From IMG/VR virus record IMGVR_UViG_3300002063_000002, positions 1-46,820 of that record: a DNA stretch of 46,820 nucleotides, one strand, 5' to 3'. This DNA is from a virus. Position numbers and translations under genes: made by a program. Below the pieces are notes generated by a model. The model searched no databases. It was not told the origin of the DNA and saw nothing but the letters and a program-made list of their open reading frames with translations. Shown in pieces: positions 35,330 to 43,987 of the stretch (its first letter is position 1; the number at the start of each line of letters is the position of its first letter).

Positions 35330-35347
35330 AACGTAACCACGCTAGAT

Positions 35348-36733
35348 ATGGCAAACACAGAATATACATTTAAAGATATAGACAATCACTTTAAGGAGTT
35401 ACTTCTTATGACAGATCCTCATGCAATTCGTATTGTAGCTGCTTCTGTTATCGCAAACCAAGTAAACTCTACTCCAGTATGGCTACAGCTCGTCTCAGCT
35501 TCTTCTGGTGGAAAATCTGAAATTATCACGGCATTCGCAGGCCTGATCCATGCTGAAACAAGCAAACCATTGGTTTGGCCTATATCAGATATGACCCCTA
35601 ACACTTTCGCCTCTGGTCTGAATAGTAAGGGAGGTGAAGCTTCACTACTTAAACAAATGCCAAAAGAAGGTGGTATATTGCTTTTCAAGGACTACACTAC
35701 TATCTTAAACAAACCCAAAGATGCCAAGCAGGCTATTGCAGCGCAGTTCCGAGAAGTCTTTGACGGTCAGTACTCCAAGAAAACAGGTAACAATGTAAAG
35801 ATGGATTGGGCAGGGCGTATTGGTTGTTTATCGGCTTGTACAGAAGCTATTTATATTGATACTGATAGTGACATCATGGGACAGCGTTTCTTGTATTTCA
35901 ATATGGTTCAACCAGACGCAGTACTTGCTACCAAGAAAGCTCAAGCTAACGCCATTGACCCAGACTATCCAAGAAGACGAGCTATGCTTGATATTATGAT
36001 TCAAGAATGGATGCATGAATTAATTGACTGGAAAGACGAGCATGCCGAAAAACTAGATCACGAATTCTTTGCACTAGATCCAGTACTAAACGATCGTATA
36101 ACTGACATATGCCACTTTTGCTCTATTGCTCGATCTGGTATCTCCAAAGACTTCAAGGACCGTATTGTTTTTGTGCCCTCAGTAGAAGCACCCATGCGTA
36201 TGTCAAAGCAGCTTATTGCAATGTATAAAGCTATGCGAGTAATGGATCGTTTTGACGGCATTAAACAAGATGGAATATCAGAAGAAGACCAAAAAGCTTT
36301 GTTCCGATGTGCCATGTCTTCTATCCCTAAGCAGCGATGGCTAGCTATCACTACGATCGGACAGTATGCAGAAGGTATGAATGCTACAGGTCTTGGTATG
36401 GAGTTAGGTTATCCATCATCCACAGCACTTGACTGGCTTAATGAAATTACAGCCTTAGGTATCGCCACAAAGTACACGTACAATCACAAACATGTGTTTA
36501 AAGTTAAAGCTCGATTTGTACCTCACTTAGAGCAGTTCTTCGACATCATTCAAAAGGATGCACGGTATGCTCCAGACGAGGGAGACGGTGAATATGACGA
36601 TGTACCAATGACAGAATTTACAGAAGAAGACCTAGATGAAGACCTAGAAAAAGAAGCAGTACAAAAAACTCAATCAGAACAAGGCTTTATGGGAGATATC
36701 TTAGGCACACCTGTAGATACAAATAAATTATAG
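35348..36733 (+). CDS. P-loop NTPase, primase-associated (VirE/DUF3987/D5-like) replicative helicase candidate
   Basis: Start chosen at ATG 35348 (MANTEYTF), because the ORF-track ATG at 35294 lies in the hairpin loop. Walker A is VSASSGGKSE and the Walker B-like motif is GILLFKDY. Acidic C-terminal tail. Confidence 0.55.
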   Translation: MANTEYTFKDIDNHFKELLLMTDPHAIRIVAASVIANQVNSTPVWLQLVSASSGGKSEIITAFAGLIHAETSKPLVWPISDMTPNTFASGLNSKGGEASLLKQMPKEGGILLFKDYTTILNKPKDAKQAIAAQFREVFDGQYSKKTGNNVKMDWAGRIGCLSACTEAIYIDTDSDIMGQRFLYFNMVQPDAVLATKKAQANAIDPDYPRRRAMLDIMIQEWMHELIDWKDEHAEKLDHEFFALDPVLNDRITDICHFCSIARSGISKDFKDRIVFVPSVEAPMRMSKQLIAMYKAMRVMDRFDGIKQDGISEEDQKALFRCAMSSIPKQRWLAITTIGQYAEGMNATGLGMELGYPSSTALDWLNEITALGIATKYTYNHKHVFKVKARFVPHLEQFFDIIQKDARYAPDEGDGEYDDVPMTEFTEEDLDEDLEKEAVQKTQSEQGFMGDILGTPVDTNKL

Positions 36734-36753
36734 ACACGGTATAATCAGGTGAC

Positions 36754-37098
36754 ATGCCATACATCAACCCTGACGATAAGCGAGCTTATCAAAGGCGGTG
36801 GTACGCAAACAACAAAAAGAGATTAAGAAAAGAAATAGCGCAAAGAAAAGAAGGGCGCAAAAAGAAAGCACGAATATTTGTTGACCGCTACAAGCTAGAT
36901 GTGGGGTGTCATGACTGCGGGTTCAATAGCGAACCATCAGCACTTGACTTTGACCATCTAGCCGACAAAAAACACAACATATCCAACATGGTTAATGGAG
37001 GATATGCCGTTAAAACTATCTCAGTTGAGATGCGTAAGTGTGATGTTGTATGTTCTAATTGTCACAGAGTAAGGACAAAAAAAAGACGAGAATCTTAG
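36754..37098 (+). CDS. HNH homing endonuclease
   Basis: 114 aa. CHDCG...LDFDHL...N...CSNCH is the HNH/zinc signature. Very basic N- and C-termini. Confidence 0.8.
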   Translation: MPYINPDDKRAYQRRWYANNKKRLRKEIAQRKEGRKKKARIFVDRYKLDVGCHDCGFNSEPSALDFDHLADKKHNISNMVNGGYAVKTISVEMRKCDVVCSNCHRVRTKKRRES

Positions 37099-37517
37099 TC
37101 TCGTACATTACAGGTTCCCAAGGTAAAGCGCCGTCCAATTTGGTCGGCTCTTTCTGATGTGATTGATTTTCTTTCAGAAGACTCTGCCTCTTCCAGCCAA
37201 TCATCTATTTCAATCATTACAAAATCTTTGCGGTTACCTTGGTTCCAGTTAAATATTATTACTACATACGCTGGTACACCGAACAAAGAGAAACAATCAA
37301 ACGGCTTTTGCATCCGGTCAAAATCCGATATTTTATATACAAAAGGCCTCGGTCCGTTATTGGCAACGTCCAAGGCTCTTTCTTGATGGTCAGCCACAGC
37401 ACTAAATGGAATAGAATTAGCTTCTGCAGCTTTGAGTTCATATGCAGCAGTAAATGGAAAGCAGTTTTTTACCCACTTATTGAACTCTGTTTGAAATTGC
37501 TGTTCTCGCTTTTGCAT
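37095..37517 (-). CDS. RecU-like (PD-(D/E)xK) Holliday-junction resolvase candidate
   Basis: 140 aa. YELKAAEANSIPFSAVADHQERAL resembles the RecU segment FEAKET...FPL..F.DHQ, and AYVVIIF...FVMIEIDDW...ERKSIT resembles the RecU C-terminal half. Confidence 0.45.
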   Translation of the reverse strand: MQKREQQFQTEFNKWVKNCFPFTAAYELKAAEANSIPFSAVADHQERALDVANNGPRPFVYKISDFDRMQKPFDCFSLFGVPAYVVIIFNWNQGNRKDFVMIEIDDWLEEAESSERKSITSERADQIGRRFTLGTCNVRD

Positions 37518-37524
37518 TCATATA

Positions 37525-37662
37525 TTATACCTCATCCTTAATTATTGTGACATAACATTCGTCACACAAATTGAGGGTAACTGCAAGTGCACCGTATTCA
37601 AATATAGCACTAGATACATTATTCTTGTGAGAAAGGCAATTTTGACACTGTTTACGTTTCAT
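37525..37662 (-). CDS. Small zinc-ribbon protein
   Basis: Start at ATG 37662 (MKRKQCQNC...CDEC), 45 aa, CxxC...CxxC. Overlaps the helicase stop by 11 nt. The longer ORF-track version would run deep into the helicase gene. Confidence 0.5.
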   Translation of the reverse strand: MKRKQCQNCLSHKNNVSSAIFEYGALAVTLNLCDECYVTIIKDEV

Positions 37663-38902
37663 AATCTTTATTAAATAATTCGACTTGGAAGTCTCTGTTC
37701 TTAGTAATAATATTTTCATGCACTGCCATATCTACTGACTTCGGTCCTCCGACAATTAATCTGTGGTAAGTCAGGGACTTCTGTTGCTCCACTTCCTTAC
37801 CCCTCGCCAGCCGACCTCGTAGCTGCACCCAATCCTTCAATGCATAGGTCATTGAGTAAAATAAAATGTAGGGCACTGTCTCTAGTCCGTACCCCTCCGA
37901 CACACCGCCGTTGATTAGGATGACGAACTGATCGTCAGGGTTCTGTCTAATTACCTCAACTTCCGCCGCTTTGTCTTTTGTTGCACCTGTCAACAACACA
38001 ACTTTTTTCTCTGGCATATTTGCTACAATAAAATCATGAAAACGATTTATCTCGAGAGTGTGACGACATACCACAGCAATACGACCCTCCTGTTGGATGA
38101 TATCGCAGGCCCTATCGAACTTGTCACTAGTGAATGTTGCGTGCGGGGTGTATTCGTCCCCCTTAAGAGTCCCATTTTCGATTTGGTAGCGTTTGTTTAT
38201 GACTTGAATAGGCAAGATATCATCAATGCCTCTGATTGCCTTTATTTGACTGCTGGTGAGCTGGAAGAACTCAACGGGTTCTAGTATCGGCGGCATATTT
38301 ACGTTGTCCTCTAAGAGCATTGTGCGCCCAATGGTATCAAAGCCATTTACTATTTTGTCAACTGTCTCTCTATCTTTACGCGGTTGCCATATAAATCGTG
38401 GTCCCATCTTAATTGAGACAAAAAACTCCTTACGAAACTCATACCAATTCATGTTTTTACCTAAAAGCATCTTCATCGAGAATAAATTCCATGGCGATGA
38501 CATGTATGGTGTACCGGTAAGTAACCAAATAATCTTTGGCTTGTTGTGGGTTAGATATGCAATCGTACATTTAAACAATTGTGATGTGTACATCGCCCAA
38601 TAATGAGCTTCATCTATAATCACACAGTCAGCCTCAGGTAAATCTTCTACCCCTCTTTCCTTTACGGCTTTTTTAAATTGTTCTTTAGACACCACCGTCA
38701 CCTTAATCCCTATGCGCTCCGCCCAGACCTCCCAGTTATAGACGAGGTCTTTTTTACACAGAATTAATACGTGTTTTGCACCTCGCATTTTAGCGAGCCA
38801 TAGCGCCATAATTGTTTTACCACACCCAACACCAGCCCACCACCCAAAGCGGTCTTCTACGTGCTGCAAATATTCGTGTTGCCAATCATATGGTTCAATC
38901 AT
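37652..38902 (-). CDS. SNF2/DEAD-like superfamily-2 helicase
   Basis: 416 aa. Walker A GVGCGKT, DEAH box VIIDEAH, LLTGTP...N, and motif VI QLRGRLAR. Confidence 0.85.
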   Translation of the reverse strand: MIEPYDWQHEYLQHVEDRFGWWAGVGCGKTIMALWLAKMRGAKHVLILCKKDLVYNWEVWAERIGIKVTVVSKEQFKKAVKERGVEDLPEADCVIIDEAHYWAMYTSQLFKCTIAYLTHNKPKIIWLLTGTPYMSSPWNLFSMKMLLGKNMNWYEFRKEFFVSIKMGPRFIWQPRKDRETVDKIVNGFDTIGRTMLLEDNVNMPPILEPVEFFQLTSSQIKAIRGIDDILPIQVINKRYQIENGTLKGDEYTPHATFTSDKFDRACDIIQQEGRIAVVCRHTLEINRFHDFIVANMPEKKVVLLTGATKDKAAEVEVIRQNPDDQFVILINGGVSEGYGLETVPYILFYSMTYALKDWVQLRGRLARGKEVEQQKSLTYHRLIVGGPKSVDMAVHENIITKNRDFQVELFNKDYET

Positions 38903-38904
38903 GT

Positions 38905-39147
38905 TTAATTTATTTTTTTACCTTTATGTCCAATAATATGATGGTACTTGGGATCTATTTCACAGGTATTTTTATTCCAATAATATATACCAGCTTGAAT
39001 CCACAAAAATCTAAAGTAGATACCTAAATTATTGCAATTAAAATAATTAAATTTTCTGCGACCAAATGTAATCTGAATGGTAACACCCTTGTGTTTTTGT
39101 TTCATATCTTTGATCCACTGTTCAAGTTCTTTGTTTTCTTTACTCAT
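38905..39147 (-). CDS. Hypothetical protein
   Basis: 80-aa ORF, 2 nt from the helicase start. Confidence 0.55.
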   Translation of the reverse strand: MSKENKELEQWIKDMKQKHKGVTIQITFGRRKFNYFNCNNLGIYFRFLWIQAGIYYWNKNTCEIDPKYHHIIGHKGKKIN

Positions 39148-39149
39148 AG

Positions 39150-39320
39150 TTATTTATGTGAATTTCTGTCTATGTAACCAAACCTAAGATAGAAAATAAA
39201 TCCTTCAAAGTTTGGTTCACTAAATTGTGTTGTTCTAGTTTCACGAAGTGCTTTTCTGTAATCTTCGTATAGCCAAACAATATCTTCTGATAGTGTGTCT
39301 ATCCCTTTTGGTTTATTCAT
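39150..39320 (-). CDS. Hypothetical small protein (56 aa, below the ORF-track cutoff)
   Basis: Hand translation gives MNKPKGIDTLSEDIVWLYEDYRKALRETRTTQFSEPNFEGFIFYLRFGYIDRNSHK. Its ATG overlaps the upstream stop as ATGA, and its stop is 2 nt from the next ATG. Confidence 0.5.
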   Translation of the reverse strand: MNKPKGIDTLSEDIVWLYEDYRKALRETRTTQFSEPNFEGFIFYLRFGYIDRNSHK

Positions 39321-39874
39321 AATTCTATATTCATTAACCTCGCCACCTTAGTAATTGTTTCCTCGCTTTGGTCTTTTAGATGGGGTTTTGATAGATTGAA
39401 GATGAATAATGATTTTTCTGGCTTATCTCTCCACGGGTCATCCAATTGGAATACCTTGTACTGACCTGATAGTATATTCTCAATATATAGACCATCTACC
39501 TCGATATACCTCAACACATCTGTAATCAATGCAGGTCGACCGAGGATTTCAAACTTTTCTATCCCTAAGAACTGTTCAAATATAGCTCTTCCTATTTTGA
39601 TATTTTCTATAGTCATATACGAGTATCGAGATTCAACCCCATTAGCAAAGTAGTAATTACTTCTATCTCTATCGGTGTCATTACCAATGAACTTCCAAGT
39701 AGAGTAATAGTCGTTGTTGCCCCTCCATTGCTTTTGTAAATCTTCGGGATACTTTTCTAGTCCAGTAGGAGGCAGCAGGTTTACCTCACACCCAAATCTC
39801 AACTCCAACATCTCAGGAAAAGTCTTAGTCAACTCTGATTGTATTGCGGTTAGTAGTTCTGGTTTACTTTTCAT
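39317..39874 (-). CDS. Hypothetical protein
   Basis: 185-aa ORF. Confidence 0.65.
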   Translation of the reverse strand: MKSKPELLTAIQSELTKTFPEMLELRFGCEVNLLPPTGLEKYPEDLQKQWRGNNDYYSTWKFIGNDTDRDRSNYYFANGVESRYSYMTIENIKIGRAIFEQFLGIEKFEILGRPALITDVLRYIEVDGLYIENILSGQYKVFQLDDPWRDKPEKSLFIFNLSKPHLKDQSEETITKVARLMNIEL

Positions 39875-39876
39875 AT

Positions 39877-40128
39877 TTATTGAGGTTTATTAATAATTCC
39901 AGGCTCGTATTTAGGTGCTCGGCTGATATCACCAATAACACGCATCGTTCCAGCCACATCAAGAGAAATTGTCAGTTTACCACTAGCATGTGTAAGATCT
40001 ATCCAAACTAGGTCTACCCACCATCTAGTTATACGCTTTTTAGTAAACTGCATTGAGTCCGGCCATTGCAGTCCGTTGTCTTTTATCAGGTCATCTACTA
40101 ATTTAAGTGTTACTTCTAAGTTGTTCAT
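39877..40128 (-). CDS. Hypothetical protein
   Basis: 83-aa ORF. Confidence 0.6.
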   Translation of the reverse strand: MNNLEVTLKLVDDLIKDNGLQWPDSMQFTKKRITRWWVDLVWIDLTHASGKLTISLDVAGTMRVIGDISRAPKYEPGIINKPQ

Positions 40129-40292
40129 ATATCTCCTTTGATTAGCTCACAATAGATCCAATTGACCATGTGAAAAATAAATAGCACTAAATAAAAATAA
40201 AAGTGATCAGTTGTTAACATCCGAGATAACAAGAACCCAGCCCAACAGGGCATAAATACGAAATAAAATACGTGTATAAATTTATCAAACAT
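40125..40292 (-). CDS. Small membrane protein
   Basis: Start at ATG 40292 (MFDKFIHVFYFVFMPCWAGFLL...), 1 nt after the nuclease stop. 55 aa with two hydrophobic helices. Confidence 0.5.
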   Translation of the reverse strand: MFDKFIHVFYFVFMPCWAGFLLSRMLTTDHFYFYLVLFIFHMVNWIYCELIKGDI

Positions 40293-40293
40293 A

Positions 40294-40707
40294 CTACATA
40301 TTATTAATGATGGCTTGTAATTCGTTTTTGGTCCATGGTTGTCGCTTCCCACTTTTACCAGTAGGTTTTGCAAAGCCACTCTTGATCATGTACTCGTTTA
40401 TATTTAGACCATCACCTGAATGTAATGTAACTAACAAACGTCCATACATTCCACTCTTATCTCTGTGCGTTTCCACGTACACTTTATCCAAGTTCATTTC
40501 TAAATATGCTTGGAGAAAGTCTCGTACCATGCGGCCTGCCTCTCTATGTAGTGGATCGCCCCGCTTGCGTATCTCTGGAGTATCAAGACCATACAAACGC
40601 ATCTTACGCTTGTGCCACTTTTTGTTGCACCCCATATCTAATGTTGCGGTGATAGTATCGCCATCGTACACATCTATATCTTCAATTTTGTATTGGTAGA
40701 AATTCAT
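40294..40707 (-). CDS. Staphylococcal-nuclease-like (SNase/thermonuclease) protein
   Basis: 137 aa. VYDGDTITATL...MRLYGLDTPE...MYGRLLV matches the SNase catalytic pattern. Confidence 0.8.
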   Translation of the reverse strand: MNFYQYKIEDIDVYDGDTITATLDMGCNKKWHKRKMRLYGLDTPEIRKRGDPLHREAGRMVRDFLQAYLEMNLDKVYVETHRDKSGMYGRLLVTLHSGDGLNINEYMIKSGFAKPTGKSGKRQPWTKNELQAIINNM

Positions 40708-40718
40708 ATTGTTTAAAA

Positions 40719-41159
40719 TTATAATAATTCTGGATTGTCGGTTTCATTAGCGACAACGCTCAGTTGCCACTTGTGAGCAATTAATGTATTCATGCTTGTC
40801 ACCAAACACCCCTGTGCAAGCACATACTCACCCAGTAAAAATTTAATTACGCCAGTTCTATTTTGCCAATTAGTTACCACTATATCTCCTTCAAATATTT
40901 TTACACCTAAATGGTCTTTTGCTCCTATGTACTGGCCTACTGTTTCAGGATCTACTCGATATATATCGGATATTTCAGGGCATATAGTTTTTTCACCACT
41001 TTCTAAGACACCCCTGTTGGCTGCAAAACTAGATATTATATAAGCATCATCATCACCAGCTAGCCAACCATAAACCCACTCACCTTTATCTACACTTTTA
41101 TAATCATCTGAAACCTTACCTCGAAACAAATATTTTTTTCTTCGATTAAATACATTCAT
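40719..41159 (-). CDS. YopX-family protein
   Basis: 146 aa. EWVYGWL...VDPETVGQYIGAKDHLGVKIFEGDIV fits the YopX signature. Confidence 0.6.
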   Translation of the reverse strand: MNVFNRRKKYLFRGKVSDDYKSVDKGEWVYGWLAGDDDAYIISSFAANRGVLESGEKTICPEISDIYRVDPETVGQYIGAKDHLGVKIFEGDIVVTNWQNRTGVIKFLLGEYVLAQGCLVTSMNTLIAHKWQLSVVANETDNPELL

Positions 41160-41160
41160 A

Positions 41161-41406
41161 TCAGTTATTGATTACATTATCCATCACAAAGCTATTAAAT
41201 AATCTACGCGCGTATGATGGCGTACGCGGCCGTAGAGGATTAGATCGTCCACTCTGTCTTCGTACCAACACAACCTGTTCGATGTAGTGTGGCTCTGCAA
41301 AGTATTCTTCTAAAAATTGTTCTTGGGTCAAGGTCCGACCCTGCATTTTTTCAGCTAGGTATGCAACATATGGGTTGCGGTAGCTATATAGTTCTTTTGT
41401 GTTCAT
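41161..41406 (-). CDS. Hypothetical protein
   Basis: 81-aa ORF. Confidence 0.55.
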   Translation of the reverse strand: MNTKELYSYRNPYVAYLAEKMQGRTLTQEQFLEEYFAEPHYIEQVVLVRRQSGRSNPLRPRTPSYARRLFNSFVMDNVINN

Positions 41407-41605
41407 TTTGTTTTTGTATTTTATTTCCTACCCACATCAAAATTAATGCTGGTAAAAATATTACGAATATTGGATAAAAGAATCCTACAATGTATTTAAT
41501 TAAATATTTATCACCTCTATTCCTTCCCAGCTCTATACATCCAAACACGAACGACCAAGCCAATATTGGTAACCAAGAGTAAAGTAAAATTGTTTCAAAT
41601 TCCAT
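41384..41605 (-). CDS. Small membrane protein
   Basis: Start at ATG 41605 (MEFETILLYSWLPILAW...), 1 nt after the stop of the upstream small ORF. 73 aa with two TM helices. Confidence 0.5.
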   Translation of the reverse strand: MEFETILLYSWLPILAWSFVFGCIELGRNRGDKYLIKYIVGFFYPIFVIFLPALILMWVGNKIQKQNEHKRTI

Positions 41606-41606
41606 A

Positions 41607-41759
41607 TTATTGTAATTTATTGTTTGTAAAAAATTCATGTGCATACTCTGGATCTTCTCGCATGCGCTCTGCCTCTGGGCAAGGATTATCGTAATGATTA
41701 TCAAGGCATAAAGGGCATGGCACTATATTGTTTCCGTCTTCATCGTAGTCATCCATCAT
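41607..41759 (-). CDS. Small Cys-containing acidic protein (50 aa, below cutoff)
   Basis: Hand translation gives MMDDYDEDGNNIVPCPLCLDNHYDNPCPEAERMREDPEYAHEFFTNNKLQ. Its stop-T-ATG junction leads straight into the next gene. Confidence 0.45.
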   Translation of the reverse strand: MMDDYDEDGNNIVPCPLCLDNHYDNPCPEAERMREDPEYAHEFFTNNKLQ

Positions 41760-41764
41760 AAGCT

Positions 41765-41911
41765 TTATACTACATAACCTTCAAAGTCATGCTCTCGCAT
41801 TGCCTCGTCAGTTTTTTGTTCTAATAATTGTGGATCATACTCCACCATGTCACGGGCCACTTGCGCACGCACCTCAGCACGATCTGCAAAATTAAATGTT
41901 GTTGTTTGCAT
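41765..41911 (-). CDS. Hypothetical small protein (48 aa, below cutoff)
   Basis: Hand translation gives MQTTTFNFADRAEVRAQVARDMVEYDPQLLEQKTDEAMREHDFEGYVV. It fills the gap between flanking genes. Confidence 0.4.
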   Translation of the reverse strand: MQTTTFNFADRAEVRAQVARDMVEYDPQLLEQKTDEAMREHDFEGYVV

Positions 41912-41915
41912 ATAA

Positions 41916-42173
41916 TTAGTCTTTAACTTTAATACCCAAACTCCTTAAATCTCGTTTAACGTGAGCCCATATCCACGGGTGATCATTATATATACGACAG
42001 AAGTGTGATATAAAAGCCTGCTCGTCTGGTCTTGAAAAAAAGTACTGAGGTTTTTGGTTAGGGTGTACCGTCTTAGTAGTTTTTTTAACTCGAGGCTTAG
42101 TACCGACATACCCAGTGCGCTTGCGCTTTGCCTTAGCTAATTGTTTGCGTTTTTTACTTTTAAATTGAGCCAT
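41916..42173 (-). CDS. Very basic small protein (possible nucleic-acid binder)
   Basis: 85 aa. The N-terminus is KSKKRKQLAKAKRKRTGYVGTKPRVKKTTK. Confidence 0.55.
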   Translation of the reverse strand: MAQFKSKKRKQLAKAKRKRTGYVGTKPRVKKTTKTVHPNQKPQYFFSRPDEQAFISHFCRIYNDHPWIWAHVKRDLRSLGIKVKD

Positions 42174-42183
42174 AAATAATAAT

Positions 42184-42477
42184 TTAAATAATAATTGTAT
42201 TAGGGTTAGGCCTATACCAAGACCAATCAGACCGAGTAATATATATAGCTAAGTCCTCGTCTTCAAACTTACCCATATTACTTTTATACTTTCCATTGAT
42301 CTTCTGAACCCAGTGCGTATCCATGTTCCACTCATACACTATCCAAGGACTATTGGGGCTACGCAATCGTATAGTATTGGTGCCAACCACAGCTCCCTTT
42401 AGTCCATACCCTTGCGAGAACAGCAGCACTGCATCTCGCTCATCTGGGTGTTCAAGTTGTAGTGTAGAGAGGTTCAT
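42184..42477 (-). CDS. Hypothetical protein
   Basis: 97-aa ORF. Confidence 0.6.
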   Translation of the reverse strand: MNLSTLQLEHPDERDAVLLFSQGYGLKGAVVGTNTIRLRSPNSPWIVYEWNMDTHWVQKINGKYKSNMGKFEDEDLAIYITRSDWSWYRPNPNTIII

Positions 42478-42479
42478 TT

Positions 42480-42800
42480 TTACTTTTTATTTTTATTTTC
42501 AATGTAGATAGCTAGTATCTGTGAGTAAACCGATAGGTCATCTAGTGTGTCTATGATACTTTCATCGTTTACCTGTGCCTTGCCGTCTTGGTTGAGTATC
42601 AAATTACTTGCTCGTGCCATCTTATCTGTCATCCGGACCAAAATCCCCTGTTCCACACTCGAGATCCCGAGATGCTCAACCATTAAGAAGTTACTGAATG
42701 CATCAACATCGCCACTGTAATCCTTGTTTTTTTTGGTTGTGGTCTCTAATAATATCGCCATCTTTTCTCCGAACCGTTTTAAATATTGTGCTGGTTTCAT
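42480..42800 (-). CDS. DUF1599-like (nucleotide-modification-associated, MazG-like all-alpha) protein
   Basis: 106 aa. KNKDYSG...GILVRMTDKMARASNL...DESIIDTLDDLSVYSQIL fits K.DYG...R..DK..R..N...ES..DT..DL..Y. Confidence 0.5.
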   Translation of the reverse strand: MKPAQYLKRFGEKMAILLETTTKKNKDYSGDVDAFSNFLMVEHLGISSVEQGILVRMTDKMARASNLILNQDGKAQVNDESIIDTLDDLSVYSQILAIYIENKNKK

Positions 42801-42840
42801 AAGCTGTGTTTATAGTTAGTCTCTATTTTTAATTGAGCGT

Positions 42841-43182
42841 TTATGAGCTCCCTCCCGTAACCCCCATGATATTGTCAAGAAAGGAGTCTGGACCATCATT
42901 ACAAGATACCTCTTGTTTCGCCTCCTGCATCTCGTATGTGTCTATCTTCTGTTGCATCTTCCCGATGTTGTGGACGATGTCTACTAGTAATACATCCTTA
43001 AATTCCGCTGAAGGTCCTACAGAAAATCTACCGTCTCCCTTTCTTGTTCTGATAGCCATAATGCGACCGATAGTATTAAGGTCTTCCTGCCTGCGTCTAT
43101 CTAACGAGTGAATTACTTCTCGTGATTCACGCAGTTGCTCTGCTGTAATGTCTAATTCTGTTTGTAATTGTGCTTTGTTCAT
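42841..43182 (-). CDS. Hypothetical coiled-coil protein
   Basis: 113-aa ORF. Confidence 0.6.
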   Translation of the reverse strand: MNKAQLQTELDITAEQLRESREVIHSLDRRRQEDLNTIGRIMAIRTRKGDGRFSVGPSAEFKDVLLVDIVHNIGKMQQKIDTYEMQEAKQEVSCNDGPDSFLDNIMGVTGGSS

Positions 43183-43295
43183 AATTGTTGTTGGTTAACT
43201 GTAGTCTCTATTTCTAATGGAGCGTTTTTAGGTGCATACACATATACGTACACCATCATCGATAACGCTATAAATAATATTATGTGATTAGTCAT
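43179..43295 (-). CDS. Small membrane peptide (38 aa, below cutoff)
   Basis: Hand translation gives MTNHIILFIALSMMVYVYVYAPKNAPLEIETTVNQQQL. It overlaps the upstream stop by 8 nt and the downstream start as ATGA. Confidence 0.4.
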   Translation of the reverse strand: MTNHIILFIALSMMVYVYVYAPKNAPLEIETTVNQQQL

Positions 43296-43473
43296 TTTGT
43301 TTCTTTTTATTACTAGTAAAAGATGATAACTTATCTATGACTTGCAAGAAGTCAGATACAAAAGAACCAAACGCAAACATAACTATTAACAGTATATGTA
43401 TGATCCACACACACAACACCAGTACTGCAAGCGCTTTGAGAAAGAACAATAGTATTAATAGTAATGTATTCAT
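43288..43473 (-). CDS. Small membrane protein
   Basis: 61 aa with two hydrophobic helices (LLLILLFFLKALAVLVLCVWIIHILLIVMFAF). Confidence 0.55.
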   Translation of the reverse strand: MNTLLLILLFFLKALAVLVLCVWIIHILLIVMFAFGSFVSDFLQVIDKLSSFTSNKKKQND

Positions 43474-43474
43474 A

Positions 43475-43987
43475 TTATTGCTTAGAGATTAATAAATCGT
43501 CATGCGCTTTGGACGTGGGTGTGCGGTCATATGATCCCTCAGCATTCATGGGGTACAGCGCAGTACCCGCAAGCTCATTTGCTAGCACTACATCCTCTGA
43601 CGGTGAGTACTGCTGGTCTACGTGAAATTGTGAAAGGTTCATGAGGTCCTCGGTTTCTATATATCGTTTCTTACCTTCATAGTTGAAGTACAACACTTCG
43701 TACCCGCTGACATGTGCGTTCAGGCGCTCAGCGTATACCATCTGTTTTGCTTTCTTCTTCTCTTCTGGTGTCTGTTTCTCTGTAGGTGGTAAGTTGTCTG
43801 TCGATTGCTTTGTAAGCATCGGCCCATTTTTACCAACAGCGTATACAGGGTTTTCCTTTTTGTATGTTGCATTGATACAGTAACGTGCCGCTTCTGACTT
43901 GTTAGACATACCGTTATCGTTACGGATACGCTCCAGTCGTGCGTCAAGCTCTGGGGTGATCTTAACTTGTAATGTGATTGTTTTCAT
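43475..43987 (-). CDS. Ribbon-helix-helix (CopG/Arc-like) transcriptional regulator with a C-terminal extension
   Basis: 170 aa. The N-terminus MKTITLQVKITPELDARLERIRNDNGMSNKSEAARYCINA follows the beta-alpha-alpha RHH pattern. Tandem palindromes lie immediately upstream. Confidence 0.65.
   Translation of the reverse strand: MKTITLQVKITPELDARLERIRNDNGMSNKSEAARYCINATYKKENPVYAVGKNGPMLTKQSTDNLPPTEKQTPEEKKKAKQMVYAERLNAHVSGYEVLYFNYEGKKRYIETEDLMNLSQFHVDQQYSPSEDVVLANELAGTALYPMNAEGSYDRTPTSKAHDDLLISKQ

Noticed and set aside
35294-35347. The N-terminal extension of the helicase ORF (MPASRCRGSGEHNVTTLD...) given in the ORF track.
   Set aside because: The ATG at 35294 lies in the loop of the 19-bp hairpin, and the extension is the translated stem (Arg/Cys/Gly-rich). 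ATG 35348 follows the hairpin and starts a normal-looking protein.
40307-40699. The 130-aa plus-strand ORF opposite the nuclease gene, and similar plus-strand ORFs in the minus-strand early block (37159-37541, 38036-38603, 40792-41043, 43683-43883).
   Set aside because: The opposite strand carries motif-supported genes (SNase, SNF2, RecU-like, YopX, RHH) in a continuous coupled operon. These are shadow ORFs.
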